Of a DNA stretch of 64,000 nt, positions 29,422 through 38,613 are shown one piece after another (position 1 is the stretch's first letter; each line of letters opens with the position of its first letter). This DNA comes from Promethearchaeota archaeon (lineage in GTDB: Archaea > Asgardarchaeota > Lokiarchaeia > Sigyniarchaeales > SOKP01). The position numbers and the translations under genes were made by a program. The stretch spans positions 192,001 through 256,000 of the forward strand of contig JBHLNF010000001.1 in the NCBI GenBank assembly GCA_048937405.1, given 5' to 3'. The notes below the pieces were generated by a model. That model was not told the origin of the DNA, ran no database searches, and saw nothing but the letters and a program-made list of their open reading frames with translations.

Positions 29422-29524
29422 CTCTCCTAGTCTCAATTTTTTAAGAGAAGAGACCAAATCTTATAGGTTAAGTTACCAATACCTTTAAATGGTTTGGTTC
29501 TTTGATGATAGTATATTAGGAGAG
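29422..29524. other. Long intergenic stem-loop
   Basis: CTCTCCTAGT/ATTAGGAGAG (10 bp), GACCAAATC/GGTTTGGTT (9 bp), TTATAGGT/ACCTTTAA. Confidence 0.45.
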
Positions 29525-29599
29525 AGTAGGAAAATTATCCTAATCAAATGATCCTTTATTTGAATAAACATATATTTAAACAAAAAGTGAATAACATCA

Positions 29600-30406
29600 A
29601 TGAAAAAAAACAAAAAAATAACTTATATCGTTGTTTCAATGGTAGTTCTTCAACTTTTCATATCATTTTCAATTCCAAAAGTCAAAGCAACTATAAATAT
29701 TCCCGATGAATTTAATAAAAAGTTAGATCTGGATGAGGTCTATATATATAATGTAACAGCATTTAATACTACAAAACCCCTTGAATGGTTAGATGTGGAC
29801 TGGACGGCCCCCTCTAAAGGATTTGCAAATACTACAGCAGGAGGTCAGATTAAAGTAAGCTTTACCGGATTCTATGATAAAGATCCTAATGACTTTTTCA
29901 ACATCTTTGGCAGTCCAATGCCTTATATGGATATCGAATTTATCGAGAATAGATTTGGGAATTTAGTTTCTAATGCTACGTTTTACAACATCTCTAATGG
30001 TGAAGCTGATCTTAATTTATTACTTGGGTATAATAGATTTAAATCTGGATTTCTAATTCCTATCAACAATATTTCTGGCTTAAGAAAACAGGCTTACACT
30101 CAAAATGAACCTCCTTATATGAATGCCACGGTTACCATCCAAGAGACTTCTACACGCATAACTTTTGATTTTCAGCAAAAAACCGGGCTTGAACAAAAGA
30201 CAAAATCAACATATGATAAAATCTCAGGTCTACTTGTTAATACAAACACTAGTGTTGGAAATTATACTCTTGAAATGACACTTATAAATTTCCCTAGCTT
30301 TTCATCTGAAGAAATCTTTATTCCAGCATATCAGGTTTATTTAATTTTTGGAATAACTTTAATTACAATAACAGTAACTATTGCAAAATTGAAAAAACGA
30401 AAATAA
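29600..30406 (+). CDS. Secreted, C-terminally anchored surface protein
   Basis: Signal peptide, many NxT/S sequons, C-terminal IPAY plus TM plus KKRK anchor. Confidence 0.75.
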   Translation: MKKNKKITYIVVSMVVLQLFISFSIPKVKATINIPDEFNKKLDLDEVYIYNVTAFNTTKPLEWLDVDWTAPSKGFANTTAGGQIKVSFTGFYDKDPNDFFNIFGSPMPYMDIEFIENRFGNLVSNATFYNISNGEADLNLLLGYNRFKSGFLIPINNISGLRKQAYTQNEPPYMNATVTIQETSTRITFDFQQKTGLEQKTKSTYDKISGLLVNTNTSVGNYTLEMTLINFPSFSSEEIFIPAYQVYLIFGITLITITVTIAKLKKRK

Positions 30407-30468
30407 AATATTGAATTGTGTTATTTTATATTAATTAATTTTTTTTTATTATTTTTTAAATCCTTATT

Positions 30469-30894
30469 ATGAAGAAGAACATTAGATACCTCATTATTAG
30501 CATCGTAGCAGTATCAAGTTTTACAATACTTCTAGTATTCAATTTTCTTATCTTACCAAACATACAATCAAATAATAACCAAATAAATGATGATAATAGT
30601 GAAAAGCAATATGAAGTAAGAAATATCTCTGTATATATTGACTATTCAGGAGTTAAGGAAAATGAAATTTTTCAAAATATAAATTTAACAAATTATAAAA
30701 CCACAGCTTATCATGCAATACTTAATTGCTGTGATATTAAGTTTAAAGATTTTGGGTGGGGTATATTCGTTGAAAAAATAAATGGAGTAGGAGTAGGATG
30801 GATATATTGGATCAATGATGATGCTCCACCTAGTATGCCCTGCAATTATTATTATTTGGTAGATAATGATATAGTTAATTGGAAATATGTTTAA
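30469..30894 (+). CDS. Membrane-anchored DUF4430 (transcobalamin C-terminal-like) protein
   Basis: N-terminal TM; FGWGIFVEKINGV...WIYWIND...Y.LVDNDIVNWKY. Confidence 0.75.
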   Translation: MKKNIRYLIISIVAVSSFTILLVFNFLILPNIQSNNNQINDDNSEKQYEVRNISVYIDYSGVKENEIFQNINLTNYKTTAYHAILNCCDIKFKDFGWGIFVEKINGVGVGWIYWINDDAPPSMPCNYYYLVDNDIVNWKYV

Positions 30895-30921
30895 TTTTGA
30901 CTTAATCCTTAATTATAGTGA

Positions 30922-31365
30922 TTAATAATTCATATCTTTTGTCTCAATTTTCTGTAAAACAGGTTCCATTTCTCTAAAAGCTTTTCGAATCTTATGAAAG
31001 TAGTAACCTAATTTATATCCTTTTTTACAATTTGTAAATAACATAAAATTATTATCTGCTGATCCTACAAGAATGATAGTATAACCCTTTGTTCCTCGAA
31101 TCACAATATCCCTTAATTCACCTTGCTGTAAACCCTGACTAATCTTCTCTCCTAACGAGATTAATGTTGCAGGGCTCGCACTGTAAATATCCCATACAAC
31201 ATCAGCAGTTTCAGAACTCGCAATTCTTAACCCTGTTTTTGAGACAACAGCGGTTCCTTCCAAATCGGTAGAAGCTTCTAAATTTTCTAAATTACGCATT
31301 AACTCATCTAGTATATCTTGGCTGATGTTAATTTCAGATTCTTTTGCTTGACCTATTTTAAACAC
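30922..31365 (-). CDS. Roadblock/LC7 domain protein
   Basis: LEGTAVVSKTGLRIAS, GELRDIVIRGTKGYTII. Confidence 0.85.
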   Translation of the reverse strand: MFKIGQAKESEINISQDILDELMRNLENLEASTDLEGTAVVSKTGLRIASSETADVVWDIYSASPATLISLGEKISQGLQQGELRDIVIRGTKGYTIILVGSADNNFMLFTNCKKGYKLGYYFHKIRKAFREMEPVLQKIETKDMNY

Positions 31366-31396
31366 CTCTGTTAAGATAATATTAATTTTTAAGAAT

Positions 31397-32839
31397 TTAA
31401 ATGTTTTTTAGTCGAATACTTCTTAATTCTTTAAGAAAAACAGGATCTCCTTTCTTTACCTGTTTTTCATCAGATTTAATCCCTACTATAACAGCACCTT
31501 TCGTACCAAATGTATCTAAAATTTTAGTAAATGGAGGTTCTAAGGACTTCCCAATTATTTTTTTTGCCCCGATAGCGCTTTGTGCCAAACCATTACAGAC
31601 AATTCCTTGAGGATGATCTGGATTTTTGATGCTTCCTTGTTTAGTTTTATATTTATAAAATAAGGGTGGTTCATTATATATATTTAACAATTCTGCTGAT
31701 CCCAATATTCTTAAAGTAGTAGGAGGTAGATCTAAACGACTAAGAAGCATAATATTTTTTTCTTTTCTTATTAAAACTTTCTCCTGTAATAATATTATTG
31801 CCCTAAATCCCCTATCTTTATTTGAAACAGTAGTTTGAATTTTCTTTCCGTTAAGTTCATAATATGGATAAATATTTCCACTAGTCGTTACCATTCCTAT
31901 AGTAATATGGATCTGAGTTCTGAAACCTGTTTTTGGTTTAAATAGCTTATTATTATTTACTTTTACTTCCAAGATATTACCATAATCAAAAGCATTAGGG
32001 TTATCTGTTGCATAACAGCCCCTGTAAACCTTTTTCAAATCTAAACCCTTTATATTTATTCCTACTCTATCACCTGCTCTAGCAATATTAACATTCTGGT
32101 GGAATATTTGAATACTTTTAACACGCCCAGAAGTCTTCACAGGTATAATTTCTAAGTTTTGATTTACTTTTAATGTCCCATTTAAAATTGTACCTGTTAA
32201 AATTGCACCCATTCCTTTTATTGGAAAATGATGATCAATAGGAATTATTATATTGCCTTCAGTATGTCTTTCTATTTGTAAAGATTTTATTGTTTCTAAT
32301 ATACCTGTTTTTAGATTTTCAAATCCAACCCTATCTTTCGATGAAACGGCAAAAATTGGCACATCAGACCCAAAGATAGTAGACCCGAAAAATTCCCTAA
32401 TTTTTTTTAACTCATCATCAATATTTTTAGAGAATAAATCAATTTTATTAATCACTACAATAATTTTGTTGATATTAAGCGATTCAATTAAAATAAGATG
32501 TTCTCCAGTTTGAACCTGAGGTCCTTTATTAATATCAATGACAACTATAGCACAATCAATGATTTCTACAGATGAAGCACTAATTTTTATCAAATCCGCA
32601 TGACCCGGACCGTCAACTAAAGTTATAATATACTTATCAAGTATAAAACTGGTAAAACCTAAATCAATCGTAATTCCTCGTTCTTTGCTTTGAGGATGGG
32701 CATCAATACCTGCAGTGGAGATGATTTCGCTGAGTACTTCTGCTATTGCAGTCTTCCCAGAGTCGATATGTCCAAACAAACCAATGTGTATAGGGGTTTT
32801 CTTTTCAATTTCCATCTTTATGTACTTTAAAAATGACAT
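31397..32839 (-). CDS. selB: Selenocysteine-specific elongation factor SelB/EFSec
   Basis: GHIDSGKT, ERGITIDLGF, DGPGHA, NKID, DHHFPIKG; C-terminal domain-IV-like region. Confidence 0.93.
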   Translation of the reverse strand: MSFLKYIKMEIEKKTPIHIGLFGHIDSGKTAIAEVLSEIISTAGIDAHPQSKERGITIDLGFTSFILDKYIITLVDGPGHADLIKISASSVEIIDCAIVVIDINKGPQVQTGEHLILIESLNINKIIVVINKIDLFSKNIDDELKKIREFFGSTIFGSDVPIFAVSSKDRVGFENLKTGILETIKSLQIERHTEGNIIIPIDHHFPIKGMGAILTGTILNGTLKVNQNLEIIPVKTSGRVKSIQIFHQNVNIARAGDRVGINIKGLDLKKVYRGCYATDNPNAFDYGNILEVKVNNNKLFKPKTGFRTQIHITIGMVTTSGNIYPYYELNGKKIQTTVSNKDRGFRAIILLQEKVLIRKEKNIMLLSRLDLPPTTLRILGSAELLNIYNEPPLFYKYKTKQGSIKNPDHPQGIVCNGLAQSAIGAKKIIGKSLEPPFTKILDTFGTKGAVIVGIKSDEKQVKKGDPVFLKELRSIRLKNI

Positions 32840-32978
32840 AAATATATAGATTGTTATTCAAATTGTTTAACAGTTAGATATTTAATATTAGACATTAAAA
32901 ATCGGACTCAATTAATTTTATTTATAAGTTTGATTTAAAATAACATATAATTTAGAAACAAAATAATAAGATGATAGA

Positions 32979-33836
32979 ATGAGCCCAAAGTTTTGTCCTT
33001 ATTGTGGTAATCCTGTAAAACAAACAGATAAGTTCTGCATCATATGCGGGAAACCTATGCTGACAGATATACCAAAACCACAAAAGAGGCCAGAAGTTAA
33101 AGCTGTCGAAAAAGAAAATGAAATTGTTGAGAAGCAACCAGAAGTAATAGAACCTGTGGAAGAATCTAAAGAAATTGAAACAGAAGAAGATAAAGAGAAG
33201 CCTAAAAAATCTAAAGAAAAAAAAGAACCTTCACCTCTACCTGAAGATGTAAAAGAACAACTTGAATATTATATTGAATTTAACGATATTCAGTTAAATA
33301 AAAAGATATTGGCAGAAAAATTAACTGATATTTCAAAATCCACGAAAGATGAGAGATACGAATATGACCTTGATTTTAAGAAGGAAGTAAATATAAAATT
33401 AGAGGCATTAAAAACATTAATTAGTGAATTAAAGGAAAAGGAAAATGCAGTCAAGCAGAGTTTAGAGGAACCCTTTATTGTACAAAGGATAAATAAAGAT
33501 ATAGACACCAGAATTTTCCAGCTTGAAAATCTTGCAAGAGAACATAAATTAAAAAAAGTGGATCGAGAATCTTTTGAAAAACTAAGAGACAAATATAAAC
33601 AAGAAAAGGAAGATTTGGAACAAGAAAGAGATGATTTGATAGATGGAATGAAATTATGGATTCAAGACTTAAAATTAGAAAAAACAGAAATGTCTGGGGA
33701 GCGAAAGCTTACGAAAGGGAGATTTCATTCAAAAGAGCTTACTGAAGAGGAATTTAAAGAAGCAGACAAAGAATTCGATCTTCGATTAAAAAAAATCAAC
33801 ACTAAAATAAAAACATTGGAAAAATTAACAAAATAA
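32979..33836 (+). CDS. Zinc-ribbon plus coiled-coil protein
   Basis: CPYCG...FCIICG followed by a long charged coiled coil. Confidence 0.75.
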   Translation: MSPKFCPYCGNPVKQTDKFCIICGKPMLTDIPKPQKRPEVKAVEKENEIVEKQPEVIEPVEESKEIETEEDKEKPKKSKEKKEPSPLPEDVKEQLEYYIEFNDIQLNKKILAEKLTDISKSTKDERYEYDLDFKKEVNIKLEALKTLISELKEKENAVKQSLEEPFIVQRINKDIDTRIFQLENLAREHKLKKVDRESFEKLRDKYKQEKEDLEQERDDLIDGMKLWIQDLKLEKTEMSGERKLTKGRFHSKELTEEEFKEADKEFDLRLKKINTKIKTLEKLTK

Positions 33837-33887
33837 GCATGATAGGGAAAATATTTTTATTAAGTAATATTTTTAATTGTAATAATA

Positions 33888-34013
33888 ATGAGGAATAAAA
33901 TAGTCGCTATAATCATTCTACTTGTCGGATTATCCCTATTGACAATTGGAATTATTCAGGGACAAAATTTATTAATAAATTTATTATATGAACAAATGGT
34001 AGCAGTTCCTTAA
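33888..34013 (+). CDS. 41-aa hydrophobic peptide
   Basis: MRNKIVAIIILLVGLSLLTIGIIQGQNLLINLLYEQMVAVP. Confidence 0.45.
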   Translation: MRNKIVAIIILLVGLSLLTIGIIQGQNLLINLLYEQMVAVP

Positions 34014-34016
34014 TAT

Positions 34017-34313
34017 TCAATCCCATCTTCCTTTTCTAACTGCTATTGAATCATCTAAAAACCCCTTCTTTTGAAAAATCTTTTCTATTGATTTTCTATA
34101 TTTATTGGATTGATTATAATGATTTTTACATAAATAAATTTTATGTTGTGGATTTTTATTATATTTTAAACCTGAATTTTCAACATACTTTTTCCATGCG
34201 TTTTCAGAAAGCGATCGAATCGCAACTTCATCACACTCTTTAATAGAACACTGTTTATTTTTTGTAGATCCACCTAACTCACCTTTATCTTTAAGTTCCT
34301 TCGGAAGTTTCAT
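34017..34313 (-). CDS. Small CxxxxC...CxxH zinc-finger protein
   Basis: CSIKEC...AIRSLS...YLCKNHY; start moved to ATG 34313. Confidence 0.7.
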   Translation of the reverse strand: MKLPKELKDKGELGGSTKNKQCSIKECDEVAIRSLSENAWKKYVENSGLKYNKNPQHKIYLCKNHYNQSNKYRKSIEKIFQKKGFLDDSIAVRKGRWD

Positions 34314-34398
34314 GCTTATACACTTGCTAAAAACTTTTTTAGAATCAAATATTATGTATCTCAAATTATTTATTATCTTAAAATTTTTGCTAAAGCAC

Positions 34399-35109
34399 AT
34401 GGATAAATTAAACTTGATTTTCAATGGAAATTTAATTAGGAAATCTGTTTATCCATTTGATTCCCCTGTAAGGATCTCTATAAAAGATGATTTCTTTACC
34501 CCATCAGCTGTTCTCTTTTCAATTATTCCCTATGAAAATAAACCCTATGAATTAATATTAATTCATAGGTCTAATAAGGGTACAAGACATAGAGGAGAAA
34601 TGTCTTTTCCTGGTGGAAAATTTGACCCGCTATTAGATTCCTCACTGAAGGACACAGCATTAAGAGAAACAGAGGAAGAAATCGGTGTATCTCGTAATGA
34701 TATTAAAATTCTTGGATGTTTGGATGACTTTCCTACGATGACTAGATATATTATTACCCCCTTTTTAGGCTTAATTGATAAAAATCAAGTTCTAGTTAAA
34801 GATAGTCGGGAAGTTCAGAGAATCTTAAAAATTCCAATTGATTTTTTTACTAGCAAAAGAAATTTTAGAGAAGAAGCGGTTGATGTCGAAAGAAGAAAAT
34901 TCCCAATTTTTTACTATAACTATATTGATGTTTCTAATGGTCAAAAATATACTATATGGGGGGCTACTGCTTATTTAATAACTGTCTTTATCGAAAAAGT
35001 GTATGGATTTAATATGTCAGACTCACGGTTAGAACGTTTCCAACTTAAAACAATTAAACAACTGAAAGAGTATGTTAAACTTAGAGATCAAATAACAAAG
35101 AAATTTTGA
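34399..35109 (+). CDS. Nudix hydrolase, CoA pyrophosphatase family
   Basis: HRGEMSFPGG, ALRETEEEIG, IWGATA. Confidence 0.9.
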   Translation: MDKLNLIFNGNLIRKSVYPFDSPVRISIKDDFFTPSAVLFSIIPYENKPYELILIHRSNKGTRHRGEMSFPGGKFDPLLDSSLKDTALRETEEEIGVSRNDIKILGCLDDFPTMTRYIITPFLGLIDKNQVLVKDSREVQRILKIPIDFFTSKRNFREEAVDVERRKFPIFYYNYIDVSNGQKYTIWGATAYLITVFIEKVYGFNMSDSRLERFQLKTIKQLKEYVKLRDQITKKF

Positions 35110-35150
35110 CCTTAAATTATGATATTAACAGACTTTGCAGAAAATAATAC

Positions 35151-35303
35151 CTATTTTATTTTTCCTAATTTGCATAAATAATCTGGACAATTTTTACAAT
35201 TGGGGATCTTACACAAAAATCGGATCTTTGGAAGTATACATGATGAAAAAAAAGGGCATTCAATTAAATTTAAATCTGATGTTAATTCAGCATCACTACT
35301 CAT
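35151..35303 (-). CDS. 50-aa Cys-rich small protein
   Basis: MSSDAELTSDLNLIECPFFSSCILPKIRFLCKIPNCKNCPDYLCKLGKIK, with GGTGA SD upstream. Confidence 0.6.
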   Translation of the reverse strand: MSSDAELTSDLNLIECPFFSSCILPKIRFLCKIPNCKNCPDYLCKLGKIK

Positions 35304-35566
35304 ACTAGTTTCACCTATTATCTCAATTTGATTTAAAAAAATTAACCAATTTAAATATTTAAAGAAAAAGACAGTCTAAGATTAGTAATTTAATAACTTA
35401 ATAACTGTACTTTTGAAGTAATACTCTTATTATTGGTTATAATATCCACATAAAAAGCTTAATATAAAGAATAAAGAAACTATTTTTTCTATAAAAACGA
35501 TGCATAATATTCATTTAGTATCATATACTATGTATATTTACTTACAAGAGGTATAAAGCTACAACT

Positions 35567-36781
35567 ATGAAATATCGAAAAATGGGATCCCTTGATTGGG
35601 ATGTGTCTGCTTTGGGATTTGGTGCTATGCGATTTCCTATGAAAGATCAAGTAAATGTGGATGAAGAACAAGCTATAAAAATGATTCGATATGCTATTGA
35701 TAATGGTGTAAATTATGTTGATACAGCATATACTTATCATCTTGGTAAAAGTGAGGTAATAGTGGGAAAAGCTCTCAAAAATGGATATCGAGAGAAGGTT
35801 CATCTTACTACAAAATCACCTGTATGGCTAATACAAAAAAGAGAAGATTTTGATAAATATCTTAACGAACAGATCGATCGATTACAAACTAACCTTGATA
35901 TATATCTATTTCATGGTTTAACTAAGGGACGTTTGGAGAAAATTAAAAAATTAAAATTAACTGAAAAAATGGAAGAGGCTAGAGAGAAGGGATTAATTAA
36001 ATATATTGGTTTTTCATTTCATGATAGTTTTGAGGCTTTTAAAGAAATAATTGATTACTATAATTGGGATTGCTGCCAAATACAATTCAACTACCTTGAT
36101 ACAGAATACCAAGCAGGTCTTAAAGGAGTAGAATATGCAGGAAGTAAAAATTTAGCATTAATAATTATGGAACCTATTCGAGGAGGAAAATTAGCTATTC
36201 CAACAGACAAATTAGATTCGAAACAAGAAATAAAAGATGTTTTGGAAAAATCAAATACTAATAGAACTATGGCTGATTTGGCATTACAATTTGTATGGAA
36301 CCATCCTGAAGTTTCTGTTGTATTAAGTGGAATGAGCAATATGCAACAAGTAAAAGAAAATGTTGAATCTGCAAATAATTCAGCAATAAATAGTCTATCA
36401 GCAGAAGAATTGCAGCTAACTTCAGAATTAAGGAAAATGTATGAAAAATATGAGCTTGTTCCCTGCACCAGTTGTAGATACTGTGAACCTTGTCCGAATG
36501 GAGTTGCTATTTCATGGATTTTTAGATTATTAAATGAATTAGCATACTGGGGTCAAGAAAGGATAGCTAGAGTATCATTTTTCTATAATAGATATGCGAA
36601 AACACCGGAAGAATTGGAAAAAAGGCGCTCCGAAGGACGAGAAGCAGAAGGAGTGGCAAGTTTATGTATTCAATGTGGTGAATGTCTTGATAAATGCCCC
36701 CAACAAATTGAGATCCCTGATCTTATGAAGAAGGTTGCTGCCATTTTTGAAGAAGGAAAAAAACTTTCAGAATTTTTCTAA
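35567..36781 (+). CDS. Aldo/keto reductase with C-terminal Fe-S dicluster (paralog 1)
   Basis: SALGFGAMR, VDTAYTY, IGFSFH, PCTSCRYCEPCP, CIQCGECLDKCP. Confidence 0.92.
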   Translation: MKYRKMGSLDWDVSALGFGAMRFPMKDQVNVDEEQAIKMIRYAIDNGVNYVDTAYTYHLGKSEVIVGKALKNGYREKVHLTTKSPVWLIQKREDFDKYLNEQIDRLQTNLDIYLFHGLTKGRLEKIKKLKLTEKMEEAREKGLIKYIGFSFHDSFEAFKEIIDYYNWDCCQIQFNYLDTEYQAGLKGVEYAGSKNLALIIMEPIRGGKLAIPTDKLDSKQEIKDVLEKSNTNRTMADLALQFVWNHPEVSVVLSGMSNMQQVKENVESANNSAINSLSAEELQLTSELRKMYEKYELVPCTSCRYCEPCPNGVAISWIFRLLNELAYWGQERIARVSFFYNRYAKTPEELEKRRSEGREAEGVASLCIQCGECLDKCPQQIEIPDLMKKVAAIFEEGKKLSEFF

Positions 36782-37052
36782 TAATTTCCTTAAAATATTC
36801 TATTTTTTTTTTTGTATAAATTTTCTCTTTAGAAAACTATATTAAACAAGGATTAGAGTAGGGATTTTCTACTCCTATTTTTTTGAAAAATTAATAATTA
36901 TAAGGAATAAAGTAATCGTTATAATCATTCTCTAAAAAATAAGTTTTATAAAAAAAATTGAAAATTTTTTTAATCTATGAAAATCATTCATAATATAAGT
37001 TTAGTAACATAGACTATGTATATTTATTTAAAAGAGGAATAAAGATCCTAAA

Positions 37053-38267
37053 ATGAAATATAGAAAAATGGGCTCCCTTAATTGGGAGGTGTCTGCTCTG
37101 GGATTTGGTGCTATGCGGCTCCCTATGAAAGATCGAGTAAATGTAGATGAAGAACAAGCTATAAAAATGATTCGTTATGCAATTGATAATGGTGTAAATT
37201 ATGTTGATACTGCATATCCTTATCATATGGGTCAAAGTGAAGTAATAGTGGGAAAAGCTCTCAAAGATGGATATCGTGAGAAAGTTAATCTTACTACAAA
37301 ATTACCTGTAGGGTTAATACAAAAAAGAGAAGATTTTGATAAAATTTTTAACGAACAAATTGATAGATTACAAACTACACCTGATATATATTTATTCCAT
37401 GGGTTAACTAAGGATCGTCTGGAGAGAATTAAAAAATTAAATCTAACTAAAAAAATGGAAGAAGTAAGAGAGAATGGATTAATTAAATATATAGGGTTTT
37501 CATTTCATGATAATTTTGAGGTCTTTAAAGAAATAGTTGATTATTACAATTGGGATTGCTGTCAGATTCAATTTAACTATCGTGATATAGAATACCAAGC
37601 AGGTCTTAAAGGAGTAGAATATGCAGGAAGTAAGAATTTAGCATTAATAATTATGGAACCTATTCGAGGAGGAAAATTAGCTATACCAAAAAAAAAATTA
37701 GATTCGAAACCAGAAGTTAAAGAAATTCTAGAAAAATCAAATATTCAAAGAACTATGGCTGATTTGGCATTACAATTTGTATGGAACCGTCCTGAAGTGT
37801 CTGTTGTATTAAGCGGTATGAGTACTATGCAACAGGTCATAGAGAATGTAGAATCCGCAAACAATTCAGAGATAAATAGTTTATCTGCTGAAGAATTGCA
37901 AACTACATCTGAGTTGCGGAAAGTATATGAAAAATATGATCTTGTACCTTGTACGAGTTGTAGATATTGTTTACCATGTCCAAATGGCGTTTCTATTTCA
38001 TGGATTTTTAGATTATTGAATGAAGTAGGATACTGGGGTGAAGAAAGGAAAGATAGAGTATTATTATTCTATCAAAGATACGCGAAAACTCCGGAAGAAT
38101 TAGAAAAAAGGCGCTCCGCAGGGGAAGAAGTAGAAGGAGCAGCAGATTTATGTATTCAATGTGGCGAATGTCTTGATAAATGTCCTCAACAAATTGACAT
38201 TCCCGATGTTGTGAAGAAAGCTGATGCAATTTTTAAAGGAGAAAAAACAGTTTCAGAACTATTCTAA
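37053..38267 (+). CDS. Aldo/keto reductase with C-terminal Fe-S dicluster (paralog 2)
   Basis: Same motifs and same length (404 aa); tandem duplicate. Confidence 0.92.
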   Translation: MKYRKMGSLNWEVSALGFGAMRLPMKDRVNVDEEQAIKMIRYAIDNGVNYVDTAYPYHMGQSEVIVGKALKDGYREKVNLTTKLPVGLIQKREDFDKIFNEQIDRLQTTPDIYLFHGLTKDRLERIKKLNLTKKMEEVRENGLIKYIGFSFHDNFEVFKEIVDYYNWDCCQIQFNYRDIEYQAGLKGVEYAGSKNLALIIMEPIRGGKLAIPKKKLDSKPEVKEILEKSNIQRTMADLALQFVWNRPEVSVVLSGMSTMQQVIENVESANNSEINSLSAEELQTTSELRKVYEKYDLVPCTSCRYCLPCPNGVSISWIFRLLNEVGYWGEERKDRVLLFYQRYAKTPEELEKRRSAGEEVEGAADLCIQCGECLDKCPQQIDIPDVVKKADAIFKGEKTVSELF

Positions 38268-38423
38268 TAATTTCTCTAGAATATACTAATTTCATCCTTT
38301 TTTTTTTAATAATCTAAAAGTTAGGTAAAATCTGTTATATAAAGAAATTTACTAAAAATGCTTAAAATTTTAAACAATAAACCATAAATTTCTTTTACAA
38401 CCATAAACTTAATTACTTAAATT

Positions 38424-38580
38424 GGCCCTTGACGGTCGGAATTGCTTGTAGATCATATAGATCTTCAACGATAAGTGGTCTCTGACGTTGGGCTTCAAAC
38501 CCAGTTATCCTGCGGAGGGATAGGAGTTCGATAATCATAAGATGTTATCTTATCTTCGAATGTCTCCTCGAGGGCCGCCA
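38424..38580 (+). tRNA. selC: tRNA-Sec (UCA) with two introns (38441-38474 D-arm; 38533-38562 T-loop)
   Basis: 9-bp acceptor GGCCCTTGA/TCGAGGGCC, GCCA end, anticodon TCA 38495-97, long variable arm, 4-bp T stem, BHB motifs; directly upstream of SepSecS. Confidence 0.9.
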
Positions 38581-38613
38581 TTTTCTTACAAAAAATAATA
38601 TTCAGGATTAATT

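Noticed and set aside
34312-34424. Overlapping N-termini of the ORFs 34017-34424 (-) and 34312-35109 (+)
   Set aside because: Downstream ATGs (34313 and 34399) give non-overlapping divergent genes.
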